Origin: Balanoglossus misakiensis
Taxonomy: Eukaryota > Animalia > Hemichordata
Direction: 5' to 3'
Assembly: GCA_040954595.2 (NCBI GenBank)
Contig: CM082580.2
Location: forward strand, 8,906,390-8,970,389
Length of the DNA stretch: 64,000 bases
In this document: piece after piece, positions 48,586-64,000 of the stretch
Layout of the letters: every line of letters begins with the position of its first letter
How positions within the stretch are numbered: position 1 is the stretch's first letter
Made by a program: the position numbers and the translations under genes
The notes under the pieces: model-generated
The model's database searches: none
What the model was told of the DNA's origin: nothing
Seen by the model: the letters and a program-made list of their open reading frames with translations, nothing else

Positions 48586-49209
48586 CCGTAGTTTGCCGGG
48601 TAAGAGCCCCGGGTGCTGGGCCAACAGATTAGCGAAAAAACAGGGGGGGGGCTTTAGCCCGGATATGGCCTCGAGATTTATGCAAATGAGGGATGGCCAC
48701 CTCGACTTTTATGCAAATTTTTGAGTGGTTCATTCTCCGAGTCCAAGTCGGGATCTTCCAATGTTGGGTGTTTCGCGTCGAGGACGGACTGAAGCAGCTC
48801 CACGCGGCCGCTTTGGAAAGCTCCCCGGTGACCTCACACGCGGCAGCGCGTCCATCTACGTGATCGTTGAATTCGAGGCACGGTCCCGAGGGACCTGTCT
48901 GAGGTCATGTTTTCTAGAGCGGCTATATATAACTCAGCGTGGCCAGTCGGCCGCGGTGGGTACGATAATCAGCGCGAAAGTAAATCATCATACATTTTTT
49001 TTTTCACTTTTAGTGACTTTGGGGATGAAAATCCGCCTTTTTTGCATTGCACTTTATTAAATTTCCAAGAATTTAATGGATATTCGGCCGGGGGGGGGGG
49101 GGGGGGGGGGGGGGGGCTTTAGACCGGATATGGCCTCGATCTACAAATGGGCCCTAAAACCAGGGGGGGGCGTTTGTCCGAGCAGGGGCTCTTACCCGGC
49201 AAACTACGG
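48586..49209. mobile_element. Non-autonomous Tc1/mariner/pogo-type DNA transposon (MITE), 624 bp, TA target-site duplication
   Basis: Perfect TIRs CCGTAGTTTGCCGGGTAAGAGCCCC / GGGGCTCTTACCCGGCAAACTACGG, flanked by TA at 48584-85 and 49210-11. Internal direct repeat G-run+CTTTAG[C/A]CCGGATATGGCCTCGA at about 48643 and 49090. No transposase ORF. Confidence 0.88.
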
Positions 49210-49355
49210 TATGATAAAGTAACCTACCATTAGTAATTCTTTTCCACTTAGTGACTACATAGAGCTGCTACAATAAATGCACATGTATTGCTCAAGTATA
49301 ACAGAAAATAGTCCCCACCCCATCCCGCACACAAACGCTACGAAAGCGAACAACC

Positions 49356-50513
49356 TCACGGAGCAAGCGAACTCTGTGTCAAGGTGCGCATGCTCTGCGA
49401 TACTATGGGGTACGAGACCATTTGCGAGTTCTGGCCACTCATGGGAATCTGAGTCTGCAAGCTCTGACCCATGGAGGCCGGGGTGATGACCGGCGCAATG
49501 GACGTGATGCCCCCCGCGGACGGGGTGCTGATGGCTTGAGCTAGAGAAACAAGCGGCTGGATCTCTTGGGCGATCAGCTGCTGCTGATCGGCGGTCAGCA
49601 CCGGCTGCTGGGCGGCCGACAGATCAGAGTTTATGGTGATGGCCGCATTGGTCAGCTGGGGCACCGTGTGGGCCGAGGGGACAACCTGACTGTAACTGGT
49701 GACGGTCCGCACTCTGGCGCCGTCGGGAGTGGGGCTGTTGCGCATTTTAGAGGCTCGTAAACGAGCGTTTTGATCCAAGAGGACTTCATTGGTGGCCGAG
49801 AGATCGCTCACTTGCTTCTTTAGCTCGTCAACCTTACGCCTAAGCATGATGATCTCCTCCTCTAACTCGCGGTATTCGTAACCCCTCGGTCGCAAGAAAT
49901 CTCGGTGCAGGTCATAGTCTAAGTCGGCACGAGACCTCTTGCGCATCCTCTCAAACTCGTAGTCGTCAAACTCGCGCCTCGGCTGGAAGGGCTCGTCGAA
50001 CCTGCTGCGCGGCGGCTCTCTCTGCCGGGCCCTCAAGTGAAACTCGTAATCCCCCTGACTCATGTGGCGGAATTTGCACCTGGCACCTCGGCGGCACTCC
50101 CCCTTCAGGAAGTCACGGCACACCGGAATGTCTCCATCGTTCAACTGATCACCGCCGCCGCCACCACCACCCGGACCGCCCATGCCGCCGCCACCGCCAC
50201 CACCAACACCCAGGGGCACGTCACCCACGGTACCCTGCATGCGGGACGGCAGACTGCCGGTGGATTTATAGAAGTCCTCCTCCTCTCGCGTGCAGTGGAT
50301 GAATTTGCAGTTGGGGCGTCTGCACTCTTTGTTTTGGTAATCGTGGCAGAACACGTGCGATTTCTGCTTCAGGCCAAGCTTTTCAGCCTCCGTGTTATCT
50401 GGGTGATCGTATTTGCAGTTTTTGCCACGCCTGCAGACGTTGCGCAGGAAATCGCGGCAAATGGCCTGGTCGCCGCCGTCAGTGTGATTGAAGTCATTTC
50501 TATCATTGGACAT
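49356..50513 (-). CDS. ZC3H10: Zinc finger CCCH domain-containing protein 10
   Basis: Three CCCH fingers (ICRDFLRNVCRRGKNCKYDHP, FCHDYQNKECRRPNCKFIH, VCRDFLKGECRRGARCKFRH) and a coiled coil LEEE..LRRKVDELKKQVSDLSATNEVLLDQNA. Single coding exon. Confidence 0.92.
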   Translation of the reverse strand: MSNDRNDFNHTDGGDQAICRDFLRNVCRRGKNCKYDHPDNTEAEKLGLKQKSHVFCHDYQNKECRRPNCKFIHCTREEEDFYKSTGSLPSRMQGTVGDVPLGVGGGGGGGMGGPGGGGGGGDQLNDGDIPVCRDFLKGECRRGARCKFRHMSQGDYEFHLRARQREPPRSRFDEPFQPRREFDDYEFERMRKRSRADLDYDLHRDFLRPRGYEYRELEEEIIMLRRKVDELKKQVSDLSATNEVLLDQNARLRASKMRNSPTPDGARVRTVTSYSQVVPSAHTVPQLTNAAITINSDLSAAQQPVLTADQQQLIAQEIQPLVSLAQAISTPSAGGITSIAPVITPASMGQSLQTQIPMSGQNSQMVSYPIVSQSMRTLTQSSLAP

Positions 50514-52557
50514 GCTTGCTTTTTTGTCTGAATGCCGACGTGCCTAATTTTGCAAATGTCAGAGATGGGTTCTCTCTACCGATTCGCTACACCTCGGGTC
50601 AGTGGACACTGTTCAGAAAAGCGCTGGGCCTTTTTAGTGCGATCTCTTGGCTCCGCAAAAACGTCTACTCGGTGACTGCTGCAATAAGGTCGCTGGTCCC
50701 GCTGCAATTGCTCACTTTTCTGGCAGCCGCCTCGCAGTTGCAACTTGTTTGGCAGAAGCACGCACGCCCTGGCTGTAAGAAAAGGAGCAATAAACCACAT
50801 AGTTATTATCATGTGCACAGTTACAGTTCCAAGTCAGAATTTGGGACAATCATCTCGCCAACACTTGAGACCATTCCTCACCAATGCACATCGAGCTTAA
50901 CTGTAATAAATACAACTGATTATTTCATAGGAGACTATAGTAAAGCAAGCGTTTGACCCAGTCGTCCAGCTTTAGCCAAACAAGATACACTCACCAGAAC
51001 TACAGTACTCAGTACTACTGGCTTTAAAAAAGACCGAGTTGAGCAATTCGTCCCGTTTTATAGCGTCTCAAAGTTAGGTTTGACCTAATCACAAAGAGGG
51101 GCAACGAAAGACGCCTATATGCCATTTCAATGTGACAATAAAATTTGACAATCAATGCATACTCCATGAATGGAACAGTATGCGTGCGCCGCCTACGGTG
51201 ATCATGTGGTTACAAGTTACGCGTATCCCTGTAAAAATAACCACCAACATTAAACTGCCCAGTTAAACCGCCGCATTCGCATGAGGCACATAGACGCTAG
51301 TCTGTGTGCAAAATCCGCATTCTCACAGTACTAAATACGCGTACCCTCGGCAGCAGCCAAGCAAATGCGAGACGCTACCTGCGAGACACAGGCATTTATA
51401 CGCACGCTCATATAGACACGACGCCGATCAGATCACACGAAACTCTATACGTTTTCCACCCCCAAAAAATCACACAGCGTAACTTGAAAAACCTATGTAC
51501 CGATAGAACTAGGTCTTGGTGACAAACTCTTCGACTGGACTTCAACTTCGCGTTGCGTTGAATCAACGTCTCAGGTGCATTCAAGTTGATCTTCGCTGTC
51601 AGCCACAAAATGGCGTGGTGATTTCAGGACCCTATAACTTCTCAAAGATTTTCGAGTACAGCCCTATACGTCTTTGACTCCGTTAGTCCCTTTTCCGACT
51701 ACCAGTGGCTTTTTATCGTCACAACTAAAGTAATTTGTATTATGGATGCATATTATTTCCTGAAAAAGAAAAACTATCTTGATAAAGGCGGCCATAATAA
51801 CTAGGCTGACTGACGCTGTCCCCTGCTGGGGAGCGCTCACAGAGGAACTATGGGTAAATTCATATATGGCTTCCAGGCATTTGACAGTAGATGTACTGTA
51901 CTATGTTTTTACGCCCATGGTTTTACAATAGCTAGCCGAGCACAATGGATATCGTTAACAAGGGAAATCCCCCGTAAACCTTACGCGAAAAGTGGATTCA
52001 GACTAGCTGACTGGGTCCACCTTTACACTAGATTTTATCAAGAAGTTGAACCACATAGAAATAAACTCCAGAGTAGTTGGATCATATTTTTCTTTTTATT
52101 TGTGAAACTGCAAACACAGTTGTTCACTCAGTTCTGAAACGAAGCACAGTACATCTCCCAGCATAGTCAAATCATTACAAATACAGTCACAAGTAGGAAA
52201 TGCCAGCACATGCACCATACAATCATTTTTGTTGAATGTTAAAGCACGCCCTCTATGGCAAAATGGTGGTTTATTTCTTTTCTAAATGTACACCTCCAAA
52301 TGATTTGCTACCCCAGTTTCACATCATTATTGCATTGTAAGTAAAAATATCTAATGTAATAAATGATAAAAATATTAAAAATAAACCTTATTTGCCATGT
52401 ATTTTACATGTGCAATTTGCCATGTTCAGCTATGATCAGCTAAAATCTCCTTTTGCATTGTTCCCTGCCCTCGTCCCTTTGTTGCCATGGCACATTGGTA
52501 GACCCATGTGCAGAGTGATGGCAGGTTGTTATCTATTGATATTTTTTGTCTAATGTG

Positions 52558-54045
<1,488 letters not shown>

Positions 54046-54057
54046 ATGGCCACAATC

Positions 54058-56190
54058 ATGTCTGCTGCTTCGGAGATCTCGAGGCATCACCAACGTGATA
54101 AAATTTGTCACACGAGGCCCAAGTATCGAGATGGAAGGAAGGAACGAGCTGTAAAGGTGAATAATAAGAGTTTAAACCACTTATCCATGATAACCCATCA
54201 TGTCGCTCGTAATTACAACTACAAACAGTATTCACTTGGTTACGCATGTTATGCCGGTTGTTTACAAACAGCAGATACATGTGTATGTGTGCATATTGTA
54301 ATTTGTATACATGACCGTGATTTGTACCATGATATCATAATGACATATGCTTTCACTTACCCTGTTACAATTCCACTTTGACATAGGTATACACAGTAAG
54401 CAAGGAGTCCAAGTACCTGCTGATACAGGGCCTGCCAGCCATACGCTTAGAAGATGAACTCATCAACATGTGTTCCCGGTTTGGTGATGTTGAAAATTAC
54501 AAGAAGGTGCAAGACTTCCCAGCTGAAGAGTTCACGGAGGTGTACTGGGTGAAGTACACACAGTTTCAATCAGCAAGGTGTGTATCATCTTCCAGTGCAA
54601 TGGCTGTTATTATGCTTGTCAGCATATTTTTTGTAAAGGAGAGCAACCCAGTATATATCTTCTTTAAAAAAAAAAATAATAATAATTTATTGACTAAGTT
54701 TATCTTTCAGATTTGCCAAAAAGAAAATAGATGACAAGTCGTTCTTTGGAGGAGTCCTTCATGTTTCGTACGCTCCAGAATATGAGACTGTCCAAGACAC
54801 CAGAGAGAAACTACAAGAAAGGAAAAGATATGTGGCCAAGAAACTGAGGCAACTAGGTGATGAATGGTGCACTGTTTTCTTTCTCTGGCATTAATTCCAA
54901 ACTGTAGACGTTTGGTTACCGGTAGATGTTTTACAAAGTCGATAGATAAAATCAAGCCCGTGTGAGGTTTTATAAGGAAGTAGGCAGTCAAGGTATTGTG
55001 AAATATCTTCATTTTTGCTTCTGGAATGTGTCAGCATTGTGATTTTTCTTTTGATTCATTACAGCTGACAGCAGTGTTACCCAGCCACAGTCTGAGCATC
55101 CGTCTGCTGATTCTCTCCAGTTTTCCGGGAATGCCGAGAGTGAGCAAAGTTTGGCGACTGGACAAGATGCAGGAGTTGCTGCAAGCAAGGATGTGCAGTA
55201 TTACCAGATTGGGGAAGATGGCCAATCATGTGGGCCACCACGCTCTGAAAGCATTGCTTACACACAGCACCCGGGAACTATGACATCAGGTGACCAGAGT
55301 CAGGGATTTGTGGACAACTCAACTTGGTTTCCTGAGCTTCCCCTACCGCCGAGGGAATTACCACCCTGGCAGAGGCGGGATTTCGGGAGAACAAAGCAGA
55401 CGTTTGACCACGCCAGAGTGCCGTCTGCCAATGCCACTCTGCCACCTGGTTACAATCCCTTTGTCGTGCAACCTACCCCAGAACGTCCCATTGGACCACA
55501 GTTACCACCTGGTATGCAGAGAATCCCAAAGTTGTCACCTGAACAAAGAACAGAGGAAGGGCCACGTAAGCCAAAACAAGACAGTGATGCAGCACCTGAT
55601 AAAATCTCAAAACACTCAGCAGACACTGCGCAAAAGCAGAATACCACACAGGCTGGCAAGAAGATTGTGATAAAACCGCGTTTTGTGCCTCGTCAGATGA
55701 AAGCCGTCTTGAAACGGAAACACAGTGAAACAGAGGACAAAAGTGAAAGTGTGCCCGCTTCCGATAAGCCAGGCATGGGCGATGTTTCCCTGGACAGGAC
55801 TGTCAGTGCCATACGAGACAGAATGAAACATGTGAGTCATGACTCCAATCTTTTTATGTCAAGAGAAAACTGGAGAATGTGTATAACCCAGCCTAGCATC
55901 TTGTCTGGCGGCTTCTTGGCTCTGCCAAAACGAGGGCCCAGCATTGCGCATTCTCTGTTGATTGGATGTAAGATTGTTTTCAGGGCTGATAGGTCATGTG
56001 TATACATGTATAGCAGTTCTGATAGACTTTTCCCATTTAATGTATCAGTCAATCACATATAACATGGATGCTTTTATTTGTTTTTCTGTAGGTTTCTCAT
56101 GTAGACTGCAAGAATACTCAACCTCCTCCAGCTGTCTCGGTCTCATCATCATCGTCATCAAGATCTTCAACCAAGAGAAAGAAAATTTAA
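54058..56190 (+). CDS. RBM48: RNA-binding protein 48 (5 exons)
   Basis: Motifs HHQRDKICHTRPKYRDGRKERAVK|VYTVSKESKYLLIQGLPA, DFPAEEFTEVYWVKY, SFFGGVLHVSYAPEYETVQDTREKL, SLDRTVSAIRDRM, and a C-terminal KRKKI (last exon 56092-56190). An alternative in-frame ATG lies at 54046. Confidence 0.9.
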
Positions 56191-57848
56191 TTCCTTTCCT
56201 GTTTTGTATTTATTTTTATGCCATCATTTTTTTTCAAAATAAATATTTTTGATGTGATTCGGTGCCGGTGAATACTTTATTAATTGCTGAACAGGGCAAT
56301 TAAAATATGTTCGGGGGGGGGGGGGTTGTACACAGAAAATATACAATCAGAACTGGTACATTTTCAAGCTGTTAGCCACTCATACAACACCTATGATACC
56401 TGCACAACAGATCCAATAATGGAACAATGACAATGTGGTAAAGTTCGGAGTTTATTTCGTCTGCTTAATTCTGACTGTGCGAAGAAAATGACTTCCATGT
56501 CTCAGTAGACAACAACTATCTGGAAAATATTCCTTAATGTTAAAAAAAAAAAAACGTGTACATACAAACATTCACACAAATACAATTCATGCTGGTCCGA
56601 GTCTTTAGAAAATGCTGAAAATTCATGAGGTACAAAAAATAAAATACTGGGATCAAAGTGGGAAGGTTAGTGTTGATGACTGCTCTGTTATAAGCAGCTG
56701 GAGGATAGCCTACCTCAACGCCAATTTTGATCAAATCCAATTTTATGAAACCCCAACTTCATAAATAGCCTTTTCACAAGCTTCTCCTGATTTGTGTTAC
56801 ATAGATCATTTCAAACGCTTTTGCAACTTTTTTTGAAATCTGCAAGCGAACATCGGCGGACGTACAAAAAGACTTTCTACCCCACTGAAATATTCCAAGC
56901 AAATCTTAACAAGTGCTGTGTGTCAGCCTTTACACCAAAACCACCTTGACCCTTGTATGTGATACTGCAACCAGTTTCACACTGAATCAATCTTGGAAAT
57001 AATTAACCCTACCCATTCCATTCCATTAAGGGATAAACCTCTGTCAAGGGTCAGGATTCATAAGGGTTATAGTGCATTCCTAATACTAAGAGAAATATTT
57101 TTCAGAAAAAAACGAACTCCTTTCTTTGCTTACACTGTGCCATCCAATACATGAAAAAATTACAAATGTGATCATCACAAAATTCAAGAAATTATTATAT
57201 TTTTGATTTGATCGTCAGCCATTTTGAATTCCAAATATTAGAAATTTGAGATAATTTTGTTCTCCAATCCAACCTTTCCACGGTAACCGGATGTCTTTCG
57301 ACACATTTTTTGTACTCTTCTAAAACGTGCTCTGGATTTTTTTTTCAAGCAGCATCCTGATAAATACAACAGTTATTATATATGTGCTGCTTCTGAAGTA
57401 TCAAAAATGAAGTCGAAGTTTCTCCACAGACTGCAGCATGGAAAATTTCACCCATTACTTGCCAGTGTTGTTCCTAATTCAGGATAAAGATTTTGAAAAA
57501 TCTGTGTTCTAGTGCGTCAAAATATGAGGGAGGGGGAACAAGGTGGGTTGAAATATTAGTTTGATAATCTCACTGACTATCACGGTACAGGATTTCCCTC
57601 AAGTGTGTTTGGACTCTCAAAAATTGCAATGCTGTGTTGTGAGCAGTGATTGGTCAATTTGAGACGTGTGGATATCATGTGATATGAATGACAAGCCAAT
57701 GGATGAGCAGTGTCTGAGGTAATCACCATGGTTTGGTAAAAAACGACCAACTAGAATTATCAGTGAAGTCATGTTATTAAATATTTCCTTGTTCTCCTTC
57801 GACTTGGTTCTCTAAGTGACAGACATTTTCATCTTATCTTCATGTTTC

Positions 57849-62045
<4,197 letters not shown>

Positions 62046-62389
62046 GTTGGAATGGTCAGACAGCCGGCCTCTTTCAAGTAATTTTTAATCAAAGAATATA
62101 ATTTCTAAATATTCATGACGACCACACAATGTCGCACTATATATGCAACTTATAGTCTTTCCTAAAATGCTTTTACTTTTGGAAAAGAAAAGATTTAAAC
62201 ACTGACGATATTTATATCAGTGTATGAGCCTCATTTCCTGTGAACAGCATTGTGGTCCTGGAGATGGAAGCCATTTTGTTGCTCATGCGCACTGTACTTG
62301 ACGACCAAAACAAAGCAACAAGTTTAGTGTTCGTCTGCCCGTCGCCTACCAACCCCTCTGTGGTACATTTCAACTTCTATCCTCTCAAA
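62046..62389. promoter_or_regulatory. Bidirectional promoter NMT/CLXN
   Basis: Divergent ATGs at 62045 (-) and 62390 (+), about 345 bp apart. Confidence 0.55.
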
Positions 62390-64000
62390 ATGTCAACTTC
62401 CATCCAAAAGAAGAATACAGAGAAGAAGCTCGTTGAGCAGCTGTTTAAGGAGACGCATTGTAAGCGTGGATTTCCTTTTCAACCCCAACAACTTCGTATC
62501 TGATTGCGTCCCCATCCCCACTGAAGTCAGAATGTCAACATTCGGAGATCTACGATAAAACTGGCAATACTGTAGCACTTGAATTGAACTACGTGTTTGG
62601 AAAACCGTGAAATCAGTCTCCAACTATCCATTGCAGTGTTTATAATGCCTCCATTATATACTAGTAACCTACATGCAGTTACAGATCAGTTAGATGCTGA
62701 TAAATGCATAGTGCATCAGTTTATCTGTTGCTACACAATATTTACAACTTACAAGATCACTTTCATATATTTTTTTACTTCAGTTACCAGACAAGAAATT
62801 GAAGCACTGATGGGAGACTTCAAGCAAGTATTAAAAGACAAAATGACCAAGCTTGACAGGAACACATTCCGTGACCTCCTTCATAACACATTCAATATGA
62901 CAGATGACATTCTTATGGACAGAGGTATTCAGCCATTTCACATTGTATGGGCCGGGTGGGGGACAGTTGTCAGTTATTGACATTGATTTGTACTTGACTT
63001 AACTTGACTTATCTAATTTTTGAAATGTCAAAGTTGTTGTCATGCCTCCAAATATGAGGGGTCATGTGTGCAATCCCTTACAACCTCAAGGTTAACAGTA
63101 CTCATTTATAGGATGGCCATCTGTACCATGAAGAGTGGTATTGCCAAAAGAATAAACAACATTATTACATTATATACTTTTTCCTCAAACAAAGAGTCTA
63201 ATATAGTAAATTAATAATGTGGTCTGCTATGTTCCAGTGTTCCGGGCGTTTGACAAGGATAACGACAGTTATGTAAGCCAGACAGAGTGGGTCAAGGGAC
63301 TTTCGGTGTTTCTCAGAGGAAATACAGAAGAAAATACACTATGTAAGTAAAATGGCATTAAACACATGATTCCAACTGATGCAGCTTGATCACTGATTTT
63401 CTTCGTGACAATTAAAAAAAAATATTTCAGAGTTCAATCTCATACAAATCCTGTTAGTTATGCAAAGCCATAAACTAATGTACACTCAAATTTTGAATGG
63501 CACTCTCGTCTGCTCTCTCTCTCTCTGCAGTTTGTTTTGATGTCTACGATTTAAACAGTGATGGCTATATCTCGAGAGAAGAAATGTTTCACATGTTAAA
63601 AACCAGTATGGTCAAACAGCCGACAGAGGAAGACCCCGATGAGGGAATCAAAGATTTAGTAGAAATCACGTTAAAGAAGATGGTAGGTGTTCATAATGGT
63701 GCCATGTATTTGAAGTTTATTTCAAAAATACCACAACGTGTTAAAATTAGAAGTATATTAAGCTGTACAGAGCAAAATAAATCAGGAAGTAAAACGAAAT
63801 ATTGTAATGTACACAAGAAAAGTGACATAAAATTGCAAAGCTACAGGAGATCATGATTCTGACTACTTAAGTGAAAATTTATATCTCCCTCTCGATTTCA
63901 GGATTTGGATCATGATAGCAGGCTTTCATATAATGACTTTAAGAAATCTACTGAAGAGGAACCGTTGCTTCTGGAGGCTTTTGGACCATGCCTTCCTGAC
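62390..64000 (+). CDS. EFCAB1: Calaxin / EF-hand calcium-binding domain protein 1, truncated by window end
   Basis: Motifs [24 protein letters not shown]|[63 protein letters not shown] and [12 protein letters not shown] are characteristic of calaxin (CLXN/EFCAB1). Confidence 0.92.

Noticed and set aside
50037-50956. Plus-strand ORFs overlapping ZC3H10 and its upstream region
   Set aside because: Antisense shadow or UTR ORFs with no coding signature.

Overview
Intron-containing animal genomic DNA, most likely from an invertebrate deuterostome (inferred from gene content and GT-AG exon structure). It is not prokaryotic and contains no CRISPR array, rRNA or tRNA. In order, the window holds: an intronless melatonin/moody-type GPCR; an O-fucosyltransferase-like gene; an SLC16/MCT transporter; three adjacent death-domain (DD) genes; three RDH8/17beta-HSD1-like SDR paralogues flanking a peptide-type GPCR and a PCSK9-like subtilase; a small orphan single-pass membrane glycoprotein; and a housekeeping block (ZC3H10, DCAKD, RBM48, NMT, CLXN/EFCAB1) with two head-to-head pairs. 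There are also two TA-flanked TIR elements, a 197-bp perfect tandem duplication and several microsatellites. The most interesting signal is the DD cluster at about 11-23 kb. The three genes share an atypical DD subtype (L[P/R]WP ... EQ[A/C]Y ... LxxCxL), each encoded by one terminal exon after a phase-1 intron. Their N-terminal modules differ: a tandem pair of a Cys/His-rich putative Zn domain, a long coiled coil, and a short RHIM/IMD-like putative amyloid motif. IRF-like and kappaB-like sites lie upstream of the outer two genes. This may be an undescribed innate-immune or cell-death signalling module. Exon boundaries were deduced by eye from GT-AG sites and frame continuity, and family names come from motif recognition rather than database searches.
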